From Candidatus Cloacimonadaceae bacterium (GTDB lineage: Bacteria; Cloacimonadota; Cloacimonadia; Cloacimonadales; Cloacimonadaceae): DNA of 64,000 nucleotides. The notes beneath the pieces were generated by a model. That model was not told where the DNA came from, did no database searches, and was given only the letters and a program-made list of their open reading frames with translations. The DNA is taken from NCBI GenBank assembly GCA_963667535.2, contig CAXXDU010000002.1:655243-719242 (forward strand), written 5' to 3'. The position numbers and the translations under genes are program-made. Of the stretch, positions 19,731-29,340 are shown in pieces. Within the stretch, counting starts at the first letter, position 1, and each line of letters starts with the position of its first letter.

Positions 19731-20786
19731 TTAAAATCCGTCTGAATTGTACCAGCACTCCAATCTGACGATACCAATCGATTCTAAGTCCACACTTTCA
19801 TTAGTATCTGTGGTTTTTTTGAGACGTGGAAACAATACGCTTGTTAATGCAGTTTGGAAAATCTGAGGCTCAGACTTTGTTTTTATACTGTCTGCCGGGC
19901 ACAGGGATAAGATTCTCTGATAAAACTTTTTAGTGTCAGGGGATTTCTTGGCTTGGATTTTATAGTATGACAACACCAGGTCAATATTGCCAATCGCATC
20001 AGCTATCTGCTTTTTCATATCAATTTTGTTTTCTGGTTTCATCAGAAGGTTTCTGCCCACAAAGTAGTCCAGCAATTCCAGCTTTGCTTTGTTAAATTTA
20101 AACTCTCTGATATCCTCATCATCCAGTTCACCCTTAAAATCATCAAAGACTTTCTCAACTACACCATCGTTACCTGTTGTATCATAAAAAAAAGACCTGT
20201 GATAGGAAGATTTTCCATACTCCTGATACATATCTTCCAGATAGCAGGTTTGGGCAGCATAAAGCTCCAGTTCATCATTTGAAATAGAGTCTCTGGTGCT
20301 TATTACAACCATTGTTCCCAGACCCCATTCTGCTGTATCGTATGACTTGATGCCCTGTTTTAGAAGATCAAGCTGACGGGTAGTGATGCTGTGCCAGGGA
20401 GCCAGACGCTTCATTTCCATTGCCAAATGCTCAGATAGGTAGATTAAACTGTCTGCATCCTGCATATTAATCAGCTTTGCAGAATCACTATTATAAAAAT
20501 AACCCCAGGGTAGTTTTGTATAATCCTGCACGAAAAGCCATTCTGTATTCATCTCTGTTGTAAAAGATGGCAGCAGGTCTGTGCCGTCTTTCAGAAAGTA
20601 GGAATCAGGTTCACATAACAATGTGCTGTTTTGACTTCCTGCACAATGACCATCCAATAAAAAGAAACCTGTAAGCACACTTTTATCTTTCATCACAGCT
20701 CTGCCTTTAATGACAAAAAAGCCGATATCACAAGCTGAAATGCTGGTTATCAGACACAATGCCAGGGTCACTAAATAATTCTTCAT
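19731..20786 (-). CDS. Hypothetical secreted protein or lipoprotein
   Basis: Signal/lipobox-like MKNYLVTLALCLITSISAC. No recognised domain. Confidence 0.5.
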   Translation of the reverse strand: MKNYLVTLALCLITSISACDIGFFVIKGRAVMKDKSVLTGFFLLDGHCAGSQNSTLLCEPDSYFLKDGTDLLPSFTTEMNTEWLFVQDYTKLPWGYFYNSDSAKLINMQDADSLIYLSEHLAMEMKRLAPWHSITTRQLDLLKQGIKSYDTAEWGLGTMVVISTRDSISNDELELYAAQTCYLEDMYQEYGKSSYHRSFFYDTTGNDGVVEKVFDDFKGELDDEDIREFKFNKAKLELLDYFVGRNLLMKPENKIDMKKQIADAIGNIDLVLSYYKIQAKKSPDTKKFYQRILSLCPADSIKTKSEPQIFQTALTSVLFPRLKKTTDTNESVDLESIGIVRLECWYNSDGF

Positions 20787-21198
20787 GCTTCCACCTGTAG
20801 GTAAATTTATGCATTTGAGTATTCAGAATATCTATATTCTCTTATCTGTCAATGAATTTAAACTACTCAATCTTTGCTGTATGTGTCTTGCCAATCAGCA
20901 CTTCAACTCTCTTCCAAACATTGTTTATGAAGCATTGCAAAAGATAGGGTAAAGATGTTTACTAAATATTACACAAGAGGTATTATGAATTGGTAAAAGT
21001 ACTATACTGTTGGTCAATATATCGACCCTAATAGCTCAGATATACGAGAATTTTGAACCAGAACCATAGAATGACGAAATGTGCCAGCTTGCTATTCAAG
21101 TATTTGTCCAAATAGAATCAGATATTTATCTTGCCTTTTTTTAGTACTTTGGTACATTGCATGCATTAACAATACTGAGACATCCAAAGGGAGAAATT

Positions 21199-23772
21199 AT
21201 GCGGAAGTTAATCCTTTTAGCGCTGGCGTTTTTGCCGGTTATTCTGTTTTCAGCTTATATGGAAAACCTGCCTACTCAGGTTACTCAACCGGACGGAACA
21301 ATCCTCAATCTGCTGGCAAGCGGAGATGAATTTGCCAACCGGCTGCATGATGCCAATGGCTATACAATTATCCAGAGTAAGACAGATGGATATTATTATT
21401 ATGCGCAGAAGAACGGGGATGACCTTTTGCCATCTGTCTGGAGGGTCGATAGCACTAATCCTACCGGCAGAAACCTGACACCCAATCTGAATATTTCCGA
21501 AGCTGCTTACAAAGAGAAAGCCAGGCTCAGTAGATTACATGATAATCCTGACGTGCGTACTCCTCAGACAGGTAATGTGAATAATCTCTGTGTGCTTATC
21601 CGTTTTTCTGATCAGACAGAGTTTGACATTCCGCGTTCTGCTTATGAATACAAGTTTAATGCACTAGGCGACAGCGTAAATTCACAACGTAACTACTTTA
21701 GTAAAGTCAGCAACAACCAATTGGATATTTTAACAAGTATTTATCCAGGCAGTGCTTCAGAAACGAATCTCTCCTATATGGATAGTCACCCGAGAGCGTA
21801 TTATATGCCTTACAATTCTGTTACTAACCCCATCGGCTATACTGATGAAAACAGTTACGAACGGGAACAGATACTGTTGTCGAATGCAATCAATGCCATA
21901 TCTCCTCAGATTCCCACTTCTTTAAATATCGATGCTGATAATGACAATTGGGTTGATAATGTCTGCTTTATAATCAGAGGACCGCACACAGCCTGGGCTG
22001 ATTTGCTCTGGGGACATTTCTCAGGTTTTTATTATAGTGAAACCTACATCAATGGAAAGCAGGTCGGTGGTTATACCTTCCAGACTGAAGACCAAAATGA
22101 AGTCAGAACCTTGTGTCACGAGATGTTTCATTCCATCGGTTCTCCTGATCTTTATCACTATAACTTTAACGGAGTTGCACCAGTGGGAAGCTGGGACATT
22201 ATGGATTGCGGAAAAGGTCACATGGGCTCTTATATGAAATGGGCTTATGGTGGATGGTTACCTTTTATTGAAGAAATCTGGGCAACAGGAGATTATACTC
22301 TGTCCCCGATTTCCAGTGAAACCGGAGTAAATTGCTATAAAATTAACGTTACAGGGCATCCGAATGAATTCTTCGTTCTGGAATACAGAAAGAAAGGCAG
22401 TGATTACTTTGAACAGTTCGTACCTGATTCAGGGCTTCTGATTTATCGTATCTACACTCCCGAAACCGGTAATGCTGAGGGACCACCCGATGAGGTTTAT
22501 CTATACCGTCCCAATGGAACTTCTTTAATCAATGGACAGGTAGTAGAAGCTGCCTTTAGCCAGAATAACTACAGAACTGAATTTAACGATTATACAAATC
22601 CCAATAGCGTCTGGACTAATAACACACTGGCACATCTGAATATCAGCAATATCAGCTACTGTGGTGAAACCATATCCTTTCATTATGCAAATAACAGCAC
22701 AAATCTGCCACCTCTGGTTAACATCACTTCTCCAACTGACGGAGCTGTGCTTCCTGCCGGGACTCTGAATCTTACCGCTACAGCCTCTGCACAAAATGCT
22801 ACAATTACCAGTGTAGTATTCTATATGGATGAAAACTTTCTGGGTGAAGACAACGAAGCACCATATTCTTTAACCTGGACTGACAGCACAGGAACACCGG
22901 GTTATCATGAACTGATTGTGACTGCCACTGCCAGCAACGGCTTGTATGTATCAAAGCATTCACGTTTCAGAATCATAGACACAATGCAGCCTAACTGGTT
23001 TACCTGGACCACTGATACCCCATTCTATGAGCCATACGGACGCGGGTTTTTACCTATTCAGGTGGCAGTTGATTTGGATTTGGGTTTGGAAGAATATGTG
23101 GCTAAAAAACTTGCTTTTTACATAACTGACGACCCTTATGGTGACCCAACTGTTCCGGGCATGGTATCTGCAACCATAAACCGCTTTTCCAATGGCATCA
23201 TCACATCTGAAGTACTGCTGGATATTGGAGAAATCATGTGCCCTATGGATGGCAGATTTGAAATGGATATTTATAATCCCACCATTTTGAACAACCAGAT
23301 AGCAGTGGTAATCAATCTCTTTGAATATCAGAATATCATGTTTGATATGAATGGTATTTCCGGACATAGCTGGCTGACAGAGCCATTACGCCCCTGGACT
23401 GATGCTTTGGGCAGAGGTATGATTGGAGCAGCCGAGATTGCACTTCAATTGCAGAATCCTTATGTCGGAACAGAAGACCCTGTTACTACAGTACCTCAAC
23501 TAAAACTAACTAATTTTCCCAATCCCTTCAATCCCAGTACCACATTATCTTATAATCTACCCAAAGACGGGAATGCCAGTCTGGTGATTTACAATCTGAA
23601 AGGACAAAAGGTGAAAACGCTTCTGAACGGAAAACAAACCAAAGGGAATCATGAATTTACCTGGAAAGGCACAGATGATAATGGCAATACAGTGGGAAGC
23701 GGAATTTATTTAGTAAGGTTGTTAACCAATGGTAAAGCTCGCATGACGAGGAAGATGGTACTCAGTAAATAG
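21199..23772 (+). CDS. M6-family-like zinc metalloprotease with Ig-like domain and T9SS sorting domain
   Basis: HEMFHSIGSPDLYH (HExxH). N-terminal QPDGTILNLLASGDEFANRLHDANGYTII resembles the M6 metalloprotease domain. C-terminus FPNPFNPSTTLSYNL...LVIYNLKGQKVKTL...SGIYLVRL. Start at ATG 21199 after AAAGGGAG. Confidence 0.75.
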   Translation: MRKLILLALAFLPVILFSAYMENLPTQVTQPDGTILNLLASGDEFANRLHDANGYTIIQSKTDGYYYYAQKNGDDLLPSVWRVDSTNPTGRNLTPNLNISEAAYKEKARLSRLHDNPDVRTPQTGNVNNLCVLIRFSDQTEFDIPRSAYEYKFNALGDSVNSQRNYFSKVSNNQLDILTSIYPGSASETNLSYMDSHPRAYYMPYNSVTNPIGYTDENSYEREQILLSNAINAISPQIPTSLNIDADNDNWVDNVCFIIRGPHTAWADLLWGHFSGFYYSETYINGKQVGGYTFQTEDQNEVRTLCHEMFHSIGSPDLYHYNFNGVAPVGSWDIMDCGKGHMGSYMKWAYGGWLPFIEEIWATGDYTLSPISSETGVNCYKINVTGHPNEFFVLEYRKKGSDYFEQFVPDSGLLIYRIYTPETGNAEGPPDEVYLYRPNGTSLINGQVVEAAFSQNNYRTEFNDYTNPNSVWTNNTLAHLNISNISYCGETISFHYANNSTNLPPLVNITSPTDGAVLPAGTLNLTATASAQNATITSVVFYMDENFLGEDNEAPYSLTWTDSTGTPGYHELIVTATASNGLYVSKHSRFRIIDTMQPNWFTWTTDTPFYEPYGRGFLPIQVAVDLDLGLEEYVAKKLAFYITDDPYGDPTVPGMVSATINRFSNGIITSEVLLDIGEIMCPMDGRFEMDIYNPTILNNQIAVVINLFEYQNIMFDMNGISGHSWLTEPLRPWTDALGRGMIGAAEIALQLQNPYVGTEDPVTTVPQLKLTNFPNPFNPSTTLSYNLPKDGNASLVIYNLKGQKVKTLLNGKQTKGNHEFTWKGTDDNGNTVGSGIYLVRLLTNGKARMTRKMVLSK

Positions 23773-23777
23773 ATAGC

Positions 23778-24776
23778 TTAGTTACTATCCTGTTTTAGCT
23801 TATCACGTTTTGCTTGCTTGACTGCCAGTTTAAATAGTTTCAGGACTGGAGCTTTTGGATATTGTCTATTCAATTCTGTATATATCTTCTGAAAGTAATT
23901 ATGGTGGTAATATCCTTCGTTTGACTGATTATAATCAGTGAATGCAAAGATTTGATTATTCACGTATTGAGCCAAGTTTTCCATAGCAATATATGCCAGA
24001 TATTGCCACTTTTGATTCCTTACTTTATTGATTGTGAATGGGACAAGCAGATGAGTTCCAACTTCATGAGAGATAAAATGCTTATAATAATACATCATTT
24101 TATCATCGTCGCCAGCAGGAAATGTGTTTGTATCAAAAGCCAGACTATTAGCACATGGTCCGTGTTGCATAGCGCTTACCAGCAATATGCGGTAAGAGGG
24201 TGCTGAGAATTTTAATCCGGTATATTTTTCCCATTGGCTAATGATGTCTTCTCCTCCCCATAAGTCCGGTATAAGTTTGGCGATGCTATCCAAATACTTT
24301 TTATCCTGAGTCCAGATTGTATTATGATAACGCTCAAAGTTATCGCAAAAAACAGCACTTAGCGCTTTAACTTTTTCTGTATACTCTTTACCAGGTCTGT
24401 TGTCTCCATATTTTGAAAGACAGTAAGTGTAAAACTCTCTAATGTGCTGAAGATCCGCTTTATATTGCTCTTCCATTCCAGACCAATCTCCACTGGCTAC
24501 ACACATTGACAACATATCATAATATCCCTTGATTTCTTCCTGTGTTTGAAGGTTAAGATAGGCAGGAAATAAGAAGAAACTGATTGCCAAGTCTCCATGG
24601 TTGCCATCTCGGAAAGAAAGCGCTGATTTGTTATTCAGCAAGACATTTTTATGCTCATCGGATAGAAAGTCACTGTATTGGGTTTTATTGTCAAAACTCC
24701 AGTTAACTCCTTGAGAAGCCATTATGAAACAAATATAGTTCACACCTATTTGTACGAGAGGTTGGATATTAGCCAT
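23778..24776 (-). CDS. Hypothetical protein
   Basis: 332-aa clean ORF with no signal peptide and no confident motif. Confidence 0.45.
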   Translation of the reverse strand: MANIQPLVQIGVNYICFIMASQGVNWSFDNKTQYSDFLSDEHKNVLLNNKSALSFRDGNHGDLAISFFLFPAYLNLQTQEEIKGYYDMLSMCVASGDWSGMEEQYKADLQHIREFYTYCLSKYGDNRPGKEYTEKVKALSAVFCDNFERYHNTIWTQDKKYLDSIAKLIPDLWGGEDIISQWEKYTGLKFSAPSYRILLVSAMQHGPCANSLAFDTNTFPAGDDDKMMYYYKHFISHEVGTHLLVPFTINKVRNQKWQYLAYIAMENLAQYVNNQIFAFTDYNQSNEGYYHHNYFQKIYTELNRQYPKAPVLKLFKLAVKQAKRDKLKQDSN

Positions 24777-24796
24777 TGTATCTCCTATCTAACATA

Positions 24797-26017
24797 TTAT
24801 TGAGTCTTTATAGTAAGAAATTGACTGGTCTCCCCTGCCATGTAGCCGGTGCTGAAGGCAGTCTGGATATTAAAACCACCTGTAGGCAGAGCATAATCCA
24901 ATACTTCTCCTGCCATATATAGACCAGGTACAATTCTTGATTCCATTGTATTGGAATTTACTTCTTTGAGCAGCACTCCACCAGCGGAGGACATTGCAGT
25001 ATCCAGGCTTTCCACCTGCTTGATTATAAAATCCGCAGCTTGTAAAAAACCGATGAATTGATTAATCTGTTTCTTGTTCAAATCCCTGACCGGAGTATCA
25101 ACATAAATCCCCAGATAGTATAGTATAGACGTTATCGTCGCTTCTGTCAGTGGTAACAGTTTAAATGCATTGATAGCCAGCTTATGAGGATACTGTTTGA
25201 TGGCTTGAAATACAATTTGCTCAGCTTCAGGTACCAGATGCAGTCTTACGGTATCACCCTTTTCCAGATGATGCGAATTATTAAGAATTAACGGACCCGA
25301 AAGACCTCTGTGTGTAAATAGTAAATCAGCCCTATCAGAGTGCTTGCCCGTTTTTGTGATAAAATCTGCCTTTACATCCTGCACAGTGCTCCCAGCACAA
25401 TGAGAAAAAGACTCTTGTTGCATGGTTTCAATTGAAGCCAGAGCTGGTTTAACCGGATTAATGGTATGCCCCAGACTCTGTGCAAAACTGTATCCGCTTC
25501 CATCTGAGCCTGTCTGTGACCAACTGCTGCCACCACAGGCAATGAGTAGCTGCTTTGCCTGATATTCCTGCTTGTCTGTCTCAATCAGGAAAGTGGATTT
25601 CTTTCTGCTGACAGCGATGACTCTAGCATTATAGATAATCTCAGCACCATGGGATAAAGCAGTTTTGAGCAGAGCATCCCGCACATGCTCAGCTTTCAGA
25701 GTAACAGGAAAAACTTTGCCATCCTCTCTGACAAAGCTGTTACATCCTGCCTGCGATAAAAGCTCAATCAAGAAAGCGCTGTCGTGTGAATAGATAGCCG
25801 GCTTCAGCCAGGGACCTGCCTTGCGGCAAGCCCTGATGAAGTCCTGATTTGATAGATTATTTGTAAAATTGCATTGTCCTGAGCCGGAAAGCAGAAGCTT
25901 CTTGCCTGCTTCGGTATTTCCTTCCAGAATAACTGCGCCTTTACCATGAGCAATGGCAGCAGCCAGTCCTGCCGGACCTGAACCTATGATGACAAAAGGA
26001 ATGGGTTTAAGGCTCAA
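24797..26017 (-). CDS. HI0933/BaiN-like NAD(FAD)-utilising flavoprotein
   Basis: VIIGSGPAGLAAA dinucleotide fold, SGSGQCNFTN and GGSSWSQTGSDGSGY. TTG start overlapping the upstream permease stop by 4 nt. Confidence 0.8.
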   Translation of the reverse strand: MSLKPIPFVIIGSGPAGLAAAIAHGKGAVILEGNTEAGKKLLLSGSGQCNFTNNLSNQDFIRACRKAGPWLKPAIYSHDSAFLIELLSQAGCNSFVREDGKVFPVTLKAEHVRDALLKTALSHGAEIIYNARVIAVSRKKSTFLIETDKQEYQAKQLLIACGGSSWSQTGSDGSGYSFAQSLGHTINPVKPALASIETMQQESFSHCAGSTVQDVKADFITKTGKHSDRADLLFTHRGLSGPLILNNSHHLEKGDTVRLHLVPEAEQIVFQAIKQYPHKLAINAFKLLPLTEATITSILYYLGIYVDTPVRDLNKKQINQFIGFLQAADFIIKQVESLDTAMSSAGGVLLKEVNSNTMESRIVPGLYMAGEVLDYALPTGGFNIQTAFSTGYMAGETSQFLTIKTQ

Positions 26018-26943
26018 AACTGTACTTCGCGTCTGTTATACAGACAAGTGGCAATGATAAACATTACTAAGCAAAAACCTAACTTGATTAGCATATCCCA
26101 ATGGAATAAGGTTCCCCACATATCAGCCAGGAAGTGCTCCGGCAATTTATACAAGCCAAAGTTGGGTTCTCCATTTGAGCTGGCTTTTGCCATCCATAGC
26201 TGGAATGTATCGGTTAATGATGTTTGAATTCTATAAACACCTGATATAATTAATCTGTATATGGCATTTACAATGTAGGGTATTTTCCAGCCATAAGCTT
26301 TATTTAAAATAAACGTAACCAGTTGCAGCAAAGCCAAACCACCTACGCCAAGACCAAAGGCATTTTCTTTGAATACTGAGGAGAAGAAAAACAGGATTGA
26401 ACCCAGCACCATCAGAGCAACAGAAAAATGCAGCCAACTAAGTAACATACCATTCAAACACATCCACCAATCCACTCGCATCGGAGTTGCAGCGGTCAGA
26501 ACTATATTGGATAAAAGCATATTAATAATCGCGATTCCCAGGGCTAGTACCAGTGGTCCTCCGATTGCCGCAACAAACCGTGAAGCGGTTATCTGCCAGA
26601 TAGAAACTGGCTGGGAACGGTGAAATATTTCGCATTTGTGTTTGATGTCCTGATTTAGCATAGTGGAACTGATGATACTCATTGCTATGACAATTATCAT
26701 GCCCAGAAAGCTAAAGAACATAGCAAGCTGCATGACAAAAGACACCAGTTTGTGCAAGTGGTCATTGGATAGCATCTCAAGAGGAATACCATTTACAGCC
26801 AGATTGCTATGACCGGAGATAGCGGCAAATATCATCGAGCCGCCAATGATAACGTACATAGCCAATAAGTACCAGATTGGCACCATCAGGGCTTTTCTAT
26901 TAGCTTGTAAATCTTTTATAATTAATGCTTTAAAGGCTGTCAT
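26014..26943 (-). CDS. ABC-transporter permease-like multi-pass membrane protein
   Basis: About 7 hydrophobic segments. ATG 26943 forms an ATGA overlap with the ATPase stop. Track start 27060 rejected. Confidence 0.6.
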   Translation of the reverse strand: MTAFKALIIKDLQANRKALMVPIWYLLAMYVIIGGSMIFAAISGHSNLAVNGIPLEMLSNDHLHKLVSFVMQLAMFFSFLGMIIVIAMSIISSTMLNQDIKHKCEIFHRSQPVSIWQITASRFVAAIGGPLVLALGIAIINMLLSNIVLTAATPMRVDWWMCLNGMLLSWLHFSVALMVLGSILFFFSSVFKENAFGLGVGGLALLQLVTFILNKAYGWKIPYIVNAIYRLIISGVYRIQTSLTDTFQLWMAKASSNGEPNFGLYKLPEHFLADMWGTLFHWDMLIKLGFCLVMFIIATCLYNRREVQF

Positions 26944-27857
26944 AATCCACCTCCTACTTTTGCCAGGAATAGGTCTACGAGTTGAGGCGCTCCATATTCC
27001 GCTCCGGGAATATCCAGTTTTTCTTCCACCAAAGCATGCACATAACCCAGTCCTTCCCAAATCTGCATGGGATTATGCTGCTTAAGCTCTTCTGCATATT
27101 CACGCGGAACCTTGATTTCCATATACTTTTGTCTGAGTACGTCAATATCCTCCTGCAACACAATCTTACCTTTGTCAATAAAGATAATATCCTGCAGGAT
27201 ATGCTCCACTTCATCCACCTGATGGGTAGAAATCAGAATAGTCTTGGTCTCGTCATAAAACTCACCCAGAATGGTATTAAAGAATTCCTTACGAAAGACA
27301 ATATCCAGTCCGATGGTCGGTTCATCCAAAAGCAGAAATTCCACATCCAGAGATAAGACCAAAAGCAGATAGAGTTTGGTTTTCATACCTTTGGAAAGAG
27401 CTTTGACTTTTAGCTTGAGCGGAAGATCACTCTTTTCCATCAGTCTGTCTGCTTTCTGGTCATTCCAGCTTGGGTTTATCCCTTTTATGTATGCAATCGT
27501 TTGTCCCACCGTCAGCCTGTCATCCAGAGCATTGACATCCGGGATAAAGGCAATCTGTTTAAACATATGAAAGTCATTCTGCCCTATCTTTCTACCTTGA
27601 TAGGTGATTTCACCCTCAAACTTGAGAAAGCCCAGCATACAACGCATCAAAGTGCTCTTGCCTGCACCGTTCTTACCCAAAAGTCCGATTATCCGTCCGC
27701 GTGGAATAGTGATATTTACATCATCCAAAGCCTTTAGCTTGCCAAAGTTTTTGGTAAGGTTTTTGATTACCATCAAAGTATCAGATTGGGGTTTTGCAAC
27801 AACCGGAGCTTCTTCCGGTACTGCTAAGAAGTCACTGGCTTGATTATTGTTTTCCAT
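26940..27857 (-). CDS. ABC transporter ATP-binding protein
   Basis: Walker A GKNGAGKST, signature LSKGMKTKL and Walker B LLLDEPTIGLD. ATG 27857 lies 7 nt after GGAGG. Confidence 0.85.
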   Translation of the reverse strand: MENNNQASDFLAVPEEAPVVAKPQSDTLMVIKNLTKNFGKLKALDDVNITIPRGRIIGLLGKNGAGKSTLMRCMLGFLKFEGEITYQGRKIGQNDFHMFKQIAFIPDVNALDDRLTVGQTIAYIKGINPSWNDQKADRLMEKSDLPLKLKVKALSKGMKTKLYLLLVLSLDVEFLLLDEPTIGLDIVFRKEFFNTILGEFYDETKTILISTHQVDEVEHILQDIIFIDKGKIVLQEDIDVLRQKYMEIKVPREYAEELKQHNPMQIWEGLGYVHALVEEKLDIPGAEYGAPQLVDLFLAKVGGGL

Positions 27858-27927
27858 TATTTTCCTCCGTAGGATAAGCATCTTGCTTGTCTGTTTGAAC
27901 AGGCATCCTGCCTGTTTTATAGGATAT

Positions 27928-28111
27928 GCACCCTTGCTTGTTCAAATCTGATTCTACAATACTCTGTTGTTCAGTATTCTGAGCTAAGGTTAAAGTATCT
28001 ATTGATTTCAATAATATGTTCATAGCTAACATTTATCTTCTCCCACAGGATAACTGTCCTCAGTTGTCGTGTAACACAAGCACCCTTGCTTGTTCAAATC
28101 TGATTCTACAA
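27928..28111. repeat. 32-bp perfect direct repeat pair inside the GntR-ABC spacer
   Basis: GCACCCTTGCTTGTTCAAATCTGATTCTACAA at 27928-27959 and 28080-28111. A degenerate third copy lies at about 27870-27900. Confidence 0.85.
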
Positions 28112-28124
28112 AACCCTGAAGTAA

Positions 28125-28244
28125 GTCATCCTGAGCTTGTCGAAGGACGTTAGGGGTTTTGTCATTAGCACTTCGTCCAGCGTAGGTTACGTACCTCACG
28201 TGACCATCATTTGCACTTCGTCCTTCGACTGTGCTCAGGATGAC
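28125..28244. repeat. Inverted pair of the GTCATCCTGAGC...CGAAGGAC element
   Basis: GTCATCCTGAGCTTGTCGAAGGACG at 28125-28149 versus CGTCCTTCGACTGTGCTCAGGATGAC at 28219-28244. Solo arms at 36638-36665 and 40557-40579. Confidence 0.8.
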
Positions 28245-28275
28245 CCCTTCGGGGCTTCGTGCAAAATCAAAGGCT

Positions 28276-28674
28276 CTACTCACTCTTATCATTCTTCACC
28301 TCGGTCTTCAATTTATTATAATTTTCTTCAATCAGTTTAATAATCTCACTCAGCTTTAGTCCCAATTGGGCAGCTTTGTGCACAAAGCTCTTTACTTCAG
28401 TCTCGAGATATTCCTGCATGTGTTTTCTCCTTAAATTTTCCTGCGCATCGGGTGTTACAAAAAATCCCAATCCCCGCTTTTTGTAGATTATGCCTTCGTC
28501 TTCCAGTTCCTGTACTGCTTTTGACACTGTAAGCGGGTTAATCGAATACTGTGCTGCCATGTTGCGGATAGACTGCAAGGCATCCTCAGCTTTAATCAAC
28601 CCGTTTAAGATGGCATCTTCCATTTCAGCTTTAAGCTGCACGTATATCGGTATATTATCGGCGAATTTCTTCAT
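28276..28674 (-). CDS. GntR-family transcriptional regulator, YtrA subfamily
   Basis: 132 aa. wHTH LQSIRNMAAQYSINPLTVSKAVQELEDEGIIYKKRGLGFFV with a short C-terminal helical tail. Confidence 0.85.
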   Translation of the reverse strand: MKKFADNIPIYVQLKAEMEDAILNGLIKAEDALQSIRNMAAQYSINPLTVSKAVQELEDEGIIYKKRGLGFFVTPDAQENLRRKHMQEYLETEVKSFVHKAAQLGLKLSEIIKLIEENYNKLKTEVKNDKSE

Positions 28675-28717
28675 CTCGCCTCCTTAGTTGTAGTCTTTGA
28701 CATTGAATTCATAGTAG

Positions 28718-29074
28718 CTACTTACTCTTCCTGCAATTGATTACACAGGCACAAAAGGAATGATACAGGGCACATATCCCGCCAAACAAACAGAATATCC
28801 CCCAAAACAAAGGTTTCAAGACAATCCCTGTAAAAGTAGGCGTACTTACCGGTAATAAATACAATCCCCAGGTAATCAGATATGCTCCAATCACAATACA
28901 GCTATGCCCGAGAATTATCATACCTGTCTTGTTCTGCTTCCAGCCCAGATAAATCAGAGCCAGTCCGATTAACCCCGACGGACTAACCACAGAGTTGTTA
29001 TTAGCAAACATTAATATGCAAAAGATAACCAACAATATCCCCAATCCCATGGTCACGTAACTGCGTTTTTTCAT
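28718..29074 (-). CDS. Small membrane protein
   Basis: ATG 29074 after AAGGAG. 4 hydrophobic segments. Track start 29191 rejected. Confidence 0.5.
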   Translation of the reverse strand: MKKRSYVTMGLGILLVIFCILMFANNNSVVSPSGLIGLALIYLGWKQNKTGMIILGHSCIVIGAYLITWGLYLLPVSTPTFTGIVLKPLFWGIFCLFGGICALYHSFCACVINCRKSK

Positions 29075-29340
29075 TCCCTGCTCCTTTGTTGTCTTAGTGT
29101 ATTGGTTAAGTAATACAGTGGCGCAAAATCTGTCAAGAGGAAAAATGAGGAGACTGAAATGAAGGTTGTTTTTATGGTGGCTTATTATCAAATAATGTCT
29201 CTAGGTGTAAGAACAATAATTTGGTTATGAGACAAAAGTATTACAATATAAAATATTTATAAATAATCAACTAAGGGATATGCAATCTTATTTGAAAGAA
29301 TATGGTGGTAAACTGTAGTCGTGTACGATAAATATTGATA

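Noticed and set aside
23778-24776. Metalloprotease call based on FISHEVGTHLL
   Set aside because: The motif is HExxxH, not HExxH, and there is no third-ligand motif. This is too weak for a functional call.
27844-28340. ORFs 27844-28032, 28026-28292 and 28137-28340 (also 3290-3657, 33639-33839, 38610-38834, 39429-39762, 41365-41583)
   Set aside because: They are translations of dispersed repeat DNA, for example the ...AQDD... peptides from the GTCATCCTGAGC element. They have no RBS and overlap each other.
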